Shown here piece after piece: positions 1 to 14,335 of a stretch of DNA of 64,000 nucleotides (the first letter of the stretch is position 1; each line of letters begins with the position of its first letter). The notes under the pieces are model-generated. The model was given only the letters and a program-made list of their open reading frames with translations, ran no database searches and was not told where the DNA came from. The position numbers and the translations under genes were made by a program. Origin of the DNA: Nageia nagi (lineage: Eukaryota > Plantae > Pinophyta); NCBI GenBank assembly GCA_050084985.1, contig JBITNC010000001.1, positions 72,664,001-72,728,000 of the forward strand, written 5' to 3'.

Positions 1-2951
1 TTGTAATATCATCTCATGATTGTATGAATATTTATAATACCTTTTAGGTTATCCTATGCTTATATTTTCATTTAAGCTTATGGTTATCTTGGAATCATAA
101 TTTCTATATCGTATCCATGTATCTTGATTTCATATAGATGCATGCATAGTTGAATTTTTTGACTATGTATTATTGCATCAGTTTATCCAAATCTTATCTT
201 AGATCATAACATTTATCTTGTATATATATCAAAATTAGGAATATCATATCATATCATACGTAGGAATGTTCTTATTTTGCATCTTTTGATTGGTGTGTAT
301 GAGGCCTACAACCACATGAAGAAAGATTATATTTCTTGTATCATGAGATCTTAAGTACTTAAGGAGATTCCAATATAGTGTGTATCATACTTTAAGGTAT
401 TTTTAAGGGTATTTATATGGACATATTGCAAGTATTAAATAAGGAGAAAACTTATTGAAAGAAGAATAAAACTAATTGAAGAAACATCCAAATCTTGATC
501 ATATTCCCAAGCTAGACATATCAATTTATCAAGGTTATCATTGAGGTACATTTATATTTTCTTAAGTTATTAATTAATGTTTATAAATCTAGGTGAAAAA
601 ATAATGGTATACATTTTTTGTGATCACAATGGGATCTCACTCTAACCAATATTTCTTAATCTTTATGCTCTTTTCTTATTTTATTATGTTTATATGATTT
701 ATTATAATTCAATCATTATGTGTTTGATTTTATTACTATTTTTGTAGAAATAGCTTATTGAAAGAATATAGAAATAGATATGAAAATTTTAAATTTCCTA
801 GATCAATGAAACACTAATTGACCTGGGCCTACTGATTATCATCTGTAAATCATCTTGTAAGGACTAATCATAAACTAGGTACATAAAAAACCATATTTGA
901 AACTTTTTCAAAACCTAATCATTTATACTTTAAATAACATATTAAGCTTATTTAGATCAAATTCATTTCTATTTTTTCTTATTGTTAATATTTTATTAAT
1001 GTTAACAAAGAGACCTATAGATAAAAGGTGCAAATATGAGATAAATACTTAAGATAGAAACCTCATAGACTACAAATTATCCAATTAAAATTGATTGAAA
1101 CTACAAATCAACCTAGTAGGATCGAGTGAAACTAGAGAATCAAAATTGTAAGACTAATTAATCAATAAAGAGATAAAAGATTATAATACTTCATCAACAT
1201 CAAAAGCAAATATAAAAATATGAAGTAATCAAGTTAGAGCATTCCTAACTTCTATTTTCCTTAGTCTATGTTATTTATCAAGAGTATATAATAGAAATAG
1301 TTGCATCACTAGACAAAAATTCATAAAAGTAAGGGGGAATCAAATAATAGGTATATGCAAATTAAGGGTCATGTGGATTACCTAGGTCCAACATCCTTTA
1401 ACAAAGGTGTGTTCCTCATTGGGAAGAGTTAGATCTTGCACTTCATATAATTGCATACAAATTTTCATCTTAATCACATGAGTAAGCCTAGGATAGGGAC
1501 ACATGAAGTTTTCAACAAAGGGTCTATGCACTCTCAAATTTTGAAATTTCCTCCATTTTCTATCCCAAAACTTAGCATTATTTTTTTACATAAAAAATCC
1601 ATAATGATAAACATCAAGACATTCATAAAAACTGAAATATTTAATATATATATTTTAAGTTTATAATTAAACATAAAAATCATAATTCATTAATATTATA
1701 TATGAATATTTATAAAATAAGGTATTCATTCTTCTTCCTCATTCCAGTTTGATCCTATTGGTTGAGTTCTAAGGTAAGTTGAGTTTTTAGGATCAAAACT
1801 AATTCTTTAAGAAAAAGATGCATATCTATTTAATGTAATGCAATTTTATGCATTCTTATAAAATTATATTACAAATAATGCATATACATTATTCATGCAC
1901 CAACATAGCCATTCACATTCATCATAACATACTACTTTATGGTGATGAAATCTCTATGTTCTCATATCAAGCATTAAACAAACAAGGCATCCATATAACA
2001 TAAAATAGAATCTTAATTATTATTCAATAATACAATACCCCTATAATGTATAACATGCTTACCTATGTTATAAATTCACCTTGTCCTTTCTTTCTCATCA
2101 TTCTTATGCCTACCTATGTATAAGAATTTCTTTTATACTCATCTCACAATTAGACATTATATTCTAGGAATAATTTTCAACCAAAATAGCAATAATATCC
2201 AAACAAGTTTATCTTAAGGTTACTCAATTTTAGTCTTCATATAAAGGTATATTTTGAACATTAATACTCAATAAAAATTAATAGGTGTAGAGGTGAATGT
2301 TTTTTTTAATAGCTTACTTTTTCCAATCTACACCTCTAGATACATAAATCTCCTTTTCAAATGGATTGCTTAACTATACATACTCTCTGTTTAAGCATAC
2401 ATAAGAAAATATATTTATCTCAATAACATTATAAATTTATTTTCCATCAATGCAAAATTAGTATTAATAAACAATAACAACAATTAACCTTCATTGAGTA
2501 AATTCACCTCCATAAATTAAACAATAAAGTGTCCATAAAAGCTCACATAAAACTTTCAAGATACAATGAATTTAGTAGCTTTTCCTATAATAAAGTTTAT
2601 TTCAACAAAGGTAATTCATACTTTCAAATTTTAAAATATAACACCTCTCTTTAAAAGACTTACTTAAGTTTTAAGGTTAATTTAAAACTTTCAATAAAAG
2701 ATGTGAACCTTTATTAATTGAATTATTTATATAGGCTTTTATTGAAACTTTTATAACTAAGTGAATTTTATTTAATTATTTAATCCATAAATCACTTTCT
2801 AAATATTAATATTTAATTAATATTTAGATTTCACCTTTATCTAATGTTCAATTAAAGATCTAGTTCTATTTCTTCATAGAATATAATGTGATCTATCCAT
2901 AAATTCATTTTATCATTTAAATATCAAAATTAATTGATACTATTTTAACTA

Positions 2952-2982
2952 ACACACACACACAAACACACACACACACACA
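2952..2982. repeat. (CA)n microsatellite, one interruption
   Basis: acacacacacacaaacacacacacacacaca read directly. Confidence 0.9.
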
Positions 2983-3176
2983 TGCACCATTTACTAGAAT
3001 AATATCCAAAATATGCACTATCAATTTTCAATCATATCTCATACTTCTATTTGTAATAAATTTCTAGAAAGATATCAAAGAGTTCATTTCAATCATGGAA
3101 GAAAAGATTTCAAGTAAGAAAAATTACTACTTTAGGACATTTCTTTCTTCTATTTTAATATTATTATTATCTTGCA

Positions 3177-4760
3177 TTTTTATAATAAGGATAAATTATA
3201 TTATCAAAAAGAGGTGAGGGGCTTTGTTCGGATCCCAAAAAACCAATCACAAAATGGTTTCCAAAATAGGAAATTGCTACCCAGCTATATCTGGTGGTAG
3301 CTAATATAATTTGCAAAAAACTATTAACACAATAAGTTTAGATGCTAGCTAGATATAACCTATTGGTATCCCTAATGAAACCTACTTTATAATTTGTATT
3401 AATAGAAAATCATCAAACCATAGTCAAAATGCATCCAAATCACATGTGAGATGCAACCCAACTGCCTCTTCATTACTAGAATATTTTAATCAAAAATCCT
3501 TTATTCAACCCAAAGGTGAGATGAGATTTGTTGATCAGATATAAATTTGATTGGTTTCCATTCATTATATCCTATTTGGTGAGTTTCTCTCTATATCTCC
3601 TCGGGATGATATCCCCCATATCTTTGTCTAATATTTGCTATTTTTCTATAGTTCAATATATTTCTTTATGGGATTCCATCTTGGGCTTCTTATGTTGTTG
3701 TTTCTTGACTATCCACATTCCTTGATTTTTTTGTAACCCTCTAATTCTTTCTCCATCTTTTCCTTCCTTAAATTCCATATATATTGTCTCATATTCTAAA
3801 AAATTTGAATTGCAATCCATTTCTTCTTTGTCTATTCCTCCTAAAATCAACAACATTGCATAGGGGTTTGTTGTAGTTGATTTCTTCCATTGGACTTCTT
3901 TTGAAGTTGACTATTTTTTTGATATGGTTTATTTTATCTATGTTTCAACTATACTTTTCTAATTTTTTTTCATATTTTTAAAATTTTGGATGACTTGCAC
4001 CCTTTCTATTTTTGTTTATCTTGAGACTCCTTTTCACTCTTTTCTTTTTCTCTCCTTTCTTCATCCCTCCTCTTCTTTTCTAGGCAATTCTTTGCATAGT
4101 GCTCATAAGTCTTACAAATTCCACATTGTATTGATAGATTTTCATATATAATTGGTTGCATTTGTTCTCTTTCATCTTCTATTTTTAATTTTATCTCCTT
4201 CATCATAGGTTTAGAAATATCTAAATTAATCATGAATATTACCTCAATAAACTTAAGTTTTAATCTTGTTGATTGGTCAATTGTGATAAGGATTCCAATT
4301 ACTTTCATAATTTTGGCTATTACACATAGGTGCCAATAAGATGGGGGAAGCTCAGGTAGTGAGACCCATTTTGGCATGAGGTTGAAATTTACAATTTCAA
4401 GGGAGAAAATTTTCTCCCATCACTTGATAACTACTCCTTTCTTCCTAAGGAACCATGGACCCATCTCTATCATTTTTTGCAAGTCTTCATCAAATTGAAA
4501 TTTGAATAATAGAAATTCTCTTGGGAGTGAAACTAGGGATACCCACCCTTTTTTACTCCATCTTACTATCATCCAAATTTGAATCATATCTAGAGGGGGT
4601 CATACCCAACAAAATGGCCAACAATGGTTGATTTTAGCTCATTTTCTTCCTTCTTTGTTATACTTTTTAGAATCAATATACTAACCTCATCATTAGAGAA
4701 TTCAAGCTCTAGTACCAAACCAATTTTATCCTTTATGAATGGTTTTTCCTACATCACCAT
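3177..4760 (-). mobile_element. Degenerate L1-type LINE fragment: ORF1 (DUF4283 + zinc knuckle) followed by a 3' tail, no recognisable ORF2
   Basis: ORF 4006-4377 has PKWVSLPELPPSYW and the CX2CX4HX4C knuckle CGICKTYEHYAKNC; upstream GPWFL motif at ~4450; minus-strand end ...ccttattataaaaa at ~3177-3190. Boundaries approximate. Confidence 0.7.
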
Positions 4761-5589
4761 GCTTTTCCATTCCTTGGGGGCTTTGGATCAAGTTGCAATC
4801 TTGTTTTATTCATCACATTTTGAATGTTGTTCGACTACATTCCAAAAAGGTTATAGCTTAAATAAGTTGTAATTTATTTAATAACAATTCTCTTGCTTTT
4901 CTATTACTTCACACTTGCACTTTTATTATGATGTGGTTACACTTTTATTGCATTTCACTCGTAAACTCCTTTAACAATTAGGGCCATCTATTATCCATTT
5001 TTATTCACAAAGAATACACTATAAATCCTTATCATGTAACTTATAAATTTAATATTAATATTATCCATTAATATTTAATATCACCTAATATTTATCAATA
5101 CTAACATATATGTAATATCTTTTTTAGAATAATAAAACAAATCTTATTTCTTTATTTTAGACAAAATCCATTTAAATATTTATCAAGTATATATGTTCTA
5201 AATTTATTATTTATATATTTAAATATATCTAAATATCTATTTAAAAACTTCAATCTCTAATAAAACTAACATCAAAATTAAACTATGTATATTTAATTCA
5301 TTATTTAACTTCATAAGATAAGAATAAAAACTTCCTTTTTATTCTTTGTAGTTATTCTAAATGCTATTTTATTAAATTTATTTTTCATGGTCAAGAATAA
5401 AACTCCTATTTATTCTTTAATTATTCCAAGTGATCTTTTATTTATTTCTCTCAATACAATTTTCACTTTTATTGTAAATCATTATTAACATTTATTTAAA
5501 TTGAATGCTAATAACATTATTTACTAAATATTATTTATTATTTAAAGAATAAATAATTAACTAAAATCAAATAATGTGAGTGGATTTGG

Positions 5590-5812
5590 AGAGCCAAGTG
5601 GGTGTTCAAACCTCTCAAGTGAAAAAAAGGAGGTTCTAGGTTTGAAACTCCCCCCCTAACATGATGTTGATATGCTAAATCCAATCGATGGTTTCCAACT
5701 TGTATGGATGCAGTCTGGTGTGACTCTTGGGTGAATTTGATAGAAGAGAATACCATATATGTGAAATCTAATTCCAAGGTATAAACCTAAGAGGATGGAC
5801 TACTAACAAAAA
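5590..5812 (+). mobile_element. tRNA-derived SINE-like element
   Basis: A-box-like AGCCAAGTGG, B-box-like GGTTTGAAACTC, body similar to the minus-strand copy at 63316-63530, A-rich end. Confidence 0.55.
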
Positions 5813-6885
5813 GCATAATTGAGGGAGAGATGGTGGAGAAGGAGATGAACTTATAATTTGAATTGAAATGGGTGAGAAAAGTACATAATGATCATAAAAT
5901 AGGGTTGTACGAGGTGCATATTGCTATATTTGCATGATGAGGTTATAATGGTCATTGGTAATGGAGTAGGTAAATTTATGACCTTGGAAAAAGCTACATA
6001 ACTGAAGAAAAGGCTTATTCATTCCCAAATCTACATCAATGTAGACTTAAATGCTAAACCTTCTAGAATATATAGACCTTGTTTCAAAACATGAAACATG
6101 GAAACATGAATTTGAATATGAAAACCTCCTAATTTTATGTGAAATTTGTAAGAAAAAAGTCACTTATCCAGTTCTTTCCTAGAAAAGAAGAGAATAAATA
6201 CCTCCAAATAAGTCTGGAGGAAGAGGGTGAAGGATTTGAAAGCTACAAATCCATAAGGAAAATGGTAAAAAAAGGAACCTAGTGGAGCTAGACCATCAAA
6301 AGGTGGACACAAAATTGATCATCCAAAAAATGTAGAGGTGGTTGTTGAGAATATTAGTGAAGCACTAGTGATGGCAACACCAAATTATGAACAAGCCATA
6401 GTGGGGGTAGTGGAAAAATAGCTAGAAGATAATATTACAAAGGAAAATAGGTAGAGACTAAAAATTTATAAGGGAAATGAAAGGGAATAAGTTATAGATG
6501 TGTAAGGATCAATCCTAGATGTGGAAATAGTGCCCAATACTCAGTTGGAAGAGGATGTTGAAGGTCAAGCCTAGGAGGAAAGAACTAAAGAATAAATATT
6601 CCTTATAGGAAAAAGCAGATGAAGATTACCCAAAAGAGGAGGAGTTTGCTAAGCCTAGGGAAGGGATTATGGTAGATTCAAGTGAGGATTATATCTCTAA
6701 AACACACATGAGAGTGACAAGGATTAAAAAGAAAAATATAGTGGATGTGGAAAGGGATAGATTGGTTGGAAGGCCATCCAAAGTGGAAGCTAGACATGAA
6801 AGTCAATAAGAGCTATTATATGAGGGGTCCAATCTATTATGGATTTAGTATTGAGAGGAAAAATATCTAGCCCCATAAGTAGGAA

Positions 6886-9800
6886 ATAAAGGTACTTTCA
6901 TGGAATATGAGGGGTCTCAATGCCCCCTTTAGACATAGGTACATCCAAGCATTGAGAAGAAATTTAAAGGTAGATATGGTTCTACTATAAGAAATAAAGG
7001 TTCTCTTAGAAAATATTGATAATATTCATAGAAGAGTATGGAGAGAGGATTATGTGTAGCTCAAACATATAGAGTATCCTCAGAAGGCTTGATGTGCTTA
7101 TGGGATCAAAGTAAGTTTGGGAGTAAGGAATTAACAAGCAATGAGATATTTTGTATAATAATTTTCTTAGATAGAGAAAATAATAAGAGTTGGATTTTAA
7201 CAAACATTTATACTTCCACCACTCTAGGAGGGAGGAGAATGGTTTAGAGAGATATTCAAGATTTTAGATCAAAAATTTTAGATAGACCATGGTTGATTAT
7301 AGGGGATTTAAATAGTAACATGCTACCTTCATATAAGACATGAAGAAATGAGAATTTTTTGGATAGTATGAGTGATTTTAATATCTTCCTTTTTCTCAAC
7401 AAGCTTTTAGATGTGGAACTACAAGGAGCCAAATTCACTTGTTGTAATAGGAGAATGGGGAATCAATTGATGCAATCAAGGTTTATAGATTTTTAATTTC
7501 TCAAAAATTTGTATCTCTATTTAGGGATACTATTTTGTTGGCATTACTAATAACATGATCATACCATAATCCAATTATGTTGGAAATAGAGGATATTACT
7601 ACAATTTTTGGAATGAATTTTAGGTTTGGGAAAATATGATTAATTTATGAGACTTTGGAAGATCTCATTATGATTTGGTAGGTGTCTCATTTTATAGGAG
7701 ATAAAATAAGCCAATGTATAAAGAAACTTAGACTGATTAAAAAGAATTTGAAAGTATCGAATAAGGAAGTGTTTGCTAATATTTTTGCAAATAAAATTAA
7801 AATAAAATAAAATTGTTAGACCTAGAATATGTTATTACATCTTTAGAATATATAGAATAAATCAAATATCAAGAAAAAAGTCTACTTTATGAATGGTATA
7901 ACACTGTTTCCTTGAAGGAGGAAAGATTTTGGAGGCAAAAATCTAGGGTGGCATGGCTTAAGGAGAGGGATAGAAAAATTTATTTCATGTTTCTACTATC
8001 CATAATAGAAGACAAAATAAGGTAAAGTAAATTGTTAAATACCTCTAACCCATTTCAAATTAGAGGGAAAGCGATCCTCTTCTTTTCAACCTTGATTGGT
8101 AGAGAGAGATAATAGAATTAGGACTCAACAACTTTATTGTTGACTAATATTCTCAATCTTATTTCAAAAAAATTAAATTCCATTTTGAGGAGCCTATTCA
8201 TAGCAAAATAATTCAAAGAAGCAATATTTAGTATGAATAGAGATAAAGCTTGAAGACCTAATGGTTTTCAAGTGATATTTTTTTTTTAAATTTTTAGTAT
8301 ATTATGGGAAAAGATGTGGTAAAAGACATTAAGAAAGTCTAGGTAACTAAATATCTTCCTAAGGATGTGAAATCTACTTTTTTGGAATTGATACCTAAAG
8401 TAAATGAAGCTAAATCCTATTTGAGTTTAGGCATATAAGTTTGTGTAATACTTTGTATAAGATTTTATCAAAATCCATAACAAATAGATTAAATACAATG
8501 CTACCTTTTATCATTGATCATCACTAGAGAGCCTTTATCGAGAGGTGATAGATATTGGATGTTATTATCTCCTTACATGATCTTATTCATTCAGTGATTA
8601 ATCCTCTTAAGGAAGGTATATTTCTCAAACCTGATATGAGTAAAGCATATGATAGAGTCTTATGGAAATTTTTGTTGGAGGTATTGAATAAGTTTGAATT
8701 TCATCCAAATTGAATTTCTTTAATCAACTCATGTATATCTAATGTTATATTTTTGGTTCTTATAAATGAGTCAACAGTGGGTTATTTCCCAAGTGAGAAG
8801 GGCCTTATCCAAGGGGACCCATTATCCTTTTATATATTTATAATTTTAGCTAAAGCATTACAAAGGGAATTTTTGATGGCAAATATGGAAAGGAGGATTT
8901 AAGGGATTAAACATGCATCCTCTCTATCCCTTATCACCTTTCAAAAATTTATGGATGATATAATTATATTTACTAGACCATCCATCCCACAAGCTCATCA
9001 AGTGAAGGAGATTGTTGATGCTTATAAATAGGTTGTAGTTTAGAAGGTAAATTTTGGTAAGAGTAAGCTTCTATTTATGAATACTTCTTTAGCTCTGTAT
9101 CTTGAAATAGTTAGGATTTTTAGATGTGGTATTGAATATTTCCCAACAACAAATTTAGGAATGCCTCTCTTCAAAGGTATAATGAATGAAGAATACCATC
9201 TCTATATGGAAGCTTGCAGTGTGGAAGGTGCTCTTCTTAGTCAAGCTAGAAAATGTCAATTACTTAAATCCTCCTTATAGAGTATTTCAACTATTTTTCT
9301 CTCTACTTTTAAGATCCTATTTATTTTGAGTAAAAAAATTGAGAAGATCCAAAGAAACTTTCTTTAGTATGGGTTGGAAGATAGAAAAATAATTTCCTTA
9401 GTAGCTTGGAATAAATGTTTCCTAGCAAAATAAATGGGCATATTGGGTGTTAAGAAGTTAAAGTAGATAAATCTTGCCTTGTTGGGTAAACAATGGTGGA
9501 AGATTAATAAGGAGGAAGAGACATGATGGGATAATGTCCTCAAGGTAAAATATTTTAAGGAATCCTCCTTTTTAGAGGAAGATAGATTTTTTGTTGGTTC
9601 TTATTTCTTGAAAAAACTTCAATTAGTAAGATCTTGGTTGCAATTAGATAAAAGATGAAAAATAGGTAATAGAGAAAAGGTCAAATTTTGGATAGAAAAA
9701 TGGTTGTTAGACCAACCTTTAACTATGAATCCTCATTTTATGGTTTTAAGAAGGTTTTTCAAACCAAGGTTTGGAGGTAGGGTGGAGTATTTTATTGAGT

Positions 9801-12800
9801 TTTCCAATGGGATCAAAAAATGGAAAGGCCTACCCATAGATTTACCAAAGGATCTTAGTTATAATCTTGTGAAACTTTCTTCTTCTCATAAAAGACTCTC
9901 CTTTTTTTTTTATAAGGGTAAAAATATTATAGTGGGTTTTCTAGAAAATAGGACCCTAAAACCTATATATACATGAGTGTATATATATTATACAATATTA
10001 CATATGAATCAAAAAACTATCACAAAAGTTCCCTATAACTTAAATAAAATGTTATAAACTATAGGCATCATCTTCCTCTACTGGTACCTAGTCATACCAT
10101 CCATGCACTGGCTGCACCACTAGGCTCCAATATACATCAAAGTTTTAGTATTTCTTGTTAAAGAAATCCTAAAGAAGTTCAATTTCCATATTTGATAGTC
10201 CTTTTGGATTTTGGATTGACATGTCTATAGTAATTCATTTTTGGGTGGAATCTAGAGTTACTTTCCTTCTTTAACCTTTGTTTCCTATAAGAAAACTAAG
10301 TCAAGATTCTACTTCTTACAAATCTCACATAGAAGTCTCCTTTCTAGGGGGCACTCAACCCCCTCACAGTCCATGAGAGAACTAATATTAGGCACCCTTT
10401 TTGGAGGGTTCTTTACCCCCAATGATGTCAAGAGTTCCTTGTTTCCCATCAATAAAATATTTTTTAGTTTCCTTCCTCCTCACTTCTCCCAAAGAGGGTC
10501 TTCCTTTAGATGTTCTTCTTGTCATTATTTGCTGAGCAAATTGGGTTTCTTTCACAATTATTTCAATAGAGTTTGATCCATTTTTATATCCTTTCTTTTT
10601 CCCTTTCATCATCTACCAATCATCTTTTGATATTTATCTTTTTGGATCTCATCCATTTCCATTAGGTTATTATTCGGAGAACTATCCACTTTATTTTCAT
10701 ATTTCTCTTTCTTATTCACTTGTCTCTTCTTCATGCTCATTTTGGTTGATTTTACCATGCTTTGGGCCTTCTCCTTTTACTACTTCCTCTAGGAAGGGTT
10801 CCTCCTATGGTGTATTTGGTTTCCATTCTTTTTTATTTCGCAATAGTCTTTTCAAGCATGTATGGCTAACTTGGTTGCATAAAGAACATGGATAGTTGTT
10901 TGTTTCATATTGTAGTTCCTACTCTGTATCTCTCATTTATAATTATAGATTAATTGAGTTAGGGAAATTCACTCCAAATTCAACCATAACATAAAATCAT
11001 GTTGTTACCATCCTTGATTGAGCATTTAACACATCATTGATGGTAATGAGACTTCCAAATGAATTTTCAATATCCTCAAAAAATGTTTAGTTCCATAGAT
11101 TGAAGGGGAGGATTGGAAAAGTCACCCATATGGGCACTTTCACTGTAGAGGATCAAAAATAGGATGCTATCACTCAAGGAATAATCCTCTATTATCAATG
11201 AACCAAACTGAACTTAGAATTTCATTTTAGTCTTCCTCATTATTAAAAGAGAATAACATGTAAACATTGGGTAATGCTATGATGTCCAAACTACCTCTAA
11301 GCTTCCACTTGAATTTTTCCCATATTTGAGCATCATCTACATTTAGTCATGCTCCTTGAAATTTACCAATCAATCTCAATCTCCTCTTGCTATAGTTTGA
11401 TATTTCATAACCTATGAAATTTTTAATCTCAATTTTCCATCTTATGCAATTGTAACCTATAGTAGAGGCACATTATCCATCTTCACTTCCTAAGAGAAAA
11501 GTTCCCTCTATGATTTTTACTTTTCCATCTTAGCTCCTCATTCATTTTGTAAATTTCAAATAGCCTTGAATATGATTAAATTACAAAAAAAAATAAAAAC
11601 AAAATCATAATCTTACTCACATTCTATAGTTATAGAGCTCTCTCCATATTCTATAAATTTCCTTTATTTGCTACTTACATATCTAGGATAGTGGTTTACC
11701 TATTTTCTTCCTTTTCTGCTAGGGAATCTATTTGACTATGGTGATTTCATAAAATACTATCCTTTGAGTCCATTAAGAAAAGAAGATAATTTATTTTAGC
11801 CAAAAAAAGAGAATGGTTCTCATTTTTTCACATTAGGTTATGGGACCATGGATGGATGAAACATGAGCTAGGATTGGTATTAGAGAGTGTAGAATAAGGA
11901 GTTGCTTCCCAAGGTCAATATTTTCTTATGTATGATGATGTAAAATAATATATTAACTATTAATAACTTTTAAAAAAGAGGTTTTGCATTACCGAATAGA
12001 TGTGCTTTATGTAATAAGGTAGAGGAGGTTGTTGATCACTTATTTGTTGGTGTTCCCTTTGCAGAAAGAATATGGCATAATATCTTTACCATTTTTAATA
12101 GTTCTTAGGTCTTAACCTACTCTATTTCTAACCTATGCATGTAGTGGGAGCCACCCTTGAAAGGGAAAAGGATTAAAAAAATTATCATGGATATATCTAC
12201 CTCATGTTTTATGGGGAATTTGGAAAGAAATAAATACTAGAATTTTCAATGAAAAGAAATCATATTGGGAAGCAGTGTGGATAAGAATTTTAAGCTTGGT
12301 TATGAAAAATTTTAATATGATATCCTTTAAATGAGAATGGGATTCAGATATGGAGATGGATATTTTAAGATGGTGGGAAGATATTTCCTTTGTTACTATT
12401 ATTCCTACCCATCCTAGAATGCAAGCTTGCTAGATCCCCCCTCTTGGAGTTTTCAAGATGAATTCTATTGGAGCTTCCAAATGGAATCTAAGGAAATCAA
12501 GAATTAGAGGATTCATTTGGTACAAATAAAGAAATATTATTATATCCTTTATATAACCAATTGGAAATCAAACTAGACACTATGTAGAAGAAAAAGTGAT
12601 CCATAGAGGAGTGCTTCTAGAGAATAAAAAAATATTTTTCTCATAATTATCAAAGGATATTCTAAGAAAATCATTGATATTATGAAAGGAGAGTAATACC
12701 TAGGATGGTCAATTGATGTTACAATTGATTAAGTGAAGAAACTCATTAAGTATAAATAAGATCTTTCAATATATCATATTTATAGAGAAGCAAACCAAGT

Positions 12801-12930
12801 ACTTAATGGTATAGCAAATGAGGGTGTGAAAAGCTAAATCAATTTAGTATAGGAGAATGCCCTCCTAGATATACATTAATGCATATAAGATCATGATGTT
12901 TCAAATAAGGGAGGAGATAGATTAGATTAG
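6886..12930 (+). pseudogene. LINE-A ORF2 (AP endonuclease, reverse transcriptase, zf-RVT, RNase H), many stops and frameshifts, interrupted at 9905-11746
   Basis: KVLSWNMRGLN at 6889 (start ATG decayed to ATA); PWLIIGDLN ~7287; DMSKAYDRV ~8633; GLIQGDPLS ~8800; FMDD ~8948; NRCALCNKVEEVVDHLF ~11995; HIYREANQV ~12775. Confidence 0.9.
9905..11746 (-). mobile_element. Internally deleted LINE (ORF1 + first ~40 codons of EN + 3' end with poly-A), nested antisense in LINE-A ORF2
   Basis: Poly-T on + strand at 9902-9911; 19-bp TSD tcataaaagactctccttt (9886-9904) vs tcataaaatactatccttt (11747-11765); VPIWVTFPISP ~11110-11140; LSWTVRGLSAP...L*ETK ~10280-10385. Confidence 0.85.
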
Positions 12931-13080
12931 GTCCCACTACATGAGGTGAAAGCTTAAATTTTATCAATTCAAAGGGAGGTGTAATGGGGCTACCAACTGG
13001 ATATTAAAAATATAAAAATGTTTTAGGGTGCATAGTATGAAGGCATGTAGATTCAATCAATATTTTTTGTGTTCCCTAAG

Positions 13081-13648
13081 TGTAGACCCAAAATAATGCA
13101 TAATTGATAAATTGATGCACTATTTGTATGCAATATTTAATTGAAGCATATATCAAAATATGGCATCAAATAAACAATAATTAACAATTTAACTTCATCA
13201 TAATTATATAATCATGGAATAACAAAAATCATTCATCAATCACCATAACGCATTCACACAGATGTATGCTATGAAAAACCTAGAGGTAACACACCATTGG
13301 TTGTGTGGAATAAATAGATGAATGAAAGAAATAAAATATATGTAAGAGTGAGTTAAAGGGTTTAATAGATCTATATAGAGGTGGTGTTACAAAACATCAT
13401 TGTTGGTAGGATAGAGCAATCTTGAATGTGCTTAAGTGTCTCTTAGTATTTTTAGATGCCCTTGCATGATAAAGTTACATTGCCTTTGATGTATCTTTAT
13501 AGCAATGTCCTTGTCTTCTTTGATTCTTGAGATCATTGCATATTACATAATTTAAGGTATCTTTATTGATATTTGACACCTTTTACATTGTACAATGGTC
13601 TATTACATTGATTACATTACATTGGGTGTATTTTAACCCCATTTTACA
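13081..13648. mobile_element. Probable solo LTR inserted between LINE-A ORF2 and ORF3
   Basis: TGTA...TACA termini; flanks ctaag/ttaaa differ only by C>T and G>A, consistent with a decayed 5-bp TSD. Confidence 0.55.
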
Positions 13649-14335
13649 TTAAATATCATTAAAGCTCTAAAAAGAATTATTTCATAAATAATAATTAATT
13701 TTTAGGCATCTATGCTAAGAATATATGTGAGTAACATGAGCTACATTTCACTTTGGAGGCATTGTAGAAGGTCGAGTAGGGAAAAAAAATGCAAACTTAT
13801 GTGATAAGTCAATCATCCATGGATCTAGGTTTTTCCTTAATATGATGAGTGAATGCATGATTTATTTTAAAGTTGATGGGTAGTTGGAAGTTGTTATTTT
13901 GAGCATTTCTTTATTGTTCCTAGGAGAGAATGAGTAATTTCAAATCTATAAGGAATACAATAATAAAGGAGATTATGTAACATAAAGATGTACAAGAAGA
14001 ACTAACCAATTTTCTAGTAAGTGGTAACATGAAGGAGGTGCTATAAAAGGATGTGTACTTGGACATATGAAAATAAGGCTTTGATATTGGGATAGTGCAC
14101 CAAATAGCTTCTAACTAGAACAATGATAAAGTTATAGTGGGAGCCTTCTCCTTTGAGATACCCCCACAGTTGATTACAAAAATATTAGATCTACTAGATG
14201 ATGGCTTGAAGATTCAATAAGATTAAAGCCCTCAGTAGATGGAATTAGATTTCTTTTCTAAAGGATAAAAGAAAATGTGGGATGGGAAATATATACTATG
14301 GGAAGCCTTGCTGCAACCTTGGTCAAAGGTGGTTG

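Noticed and set aside
1-1300. LTR-like fragments
   Set aside because: No definable termini, partner LTR or PBS/PPT.
1307-2880. CACTAGACAAAA start plus scattered ttcacct motifs as a CACTA element
   Set aside because: No matching right terminus or 3-bp TSD found.
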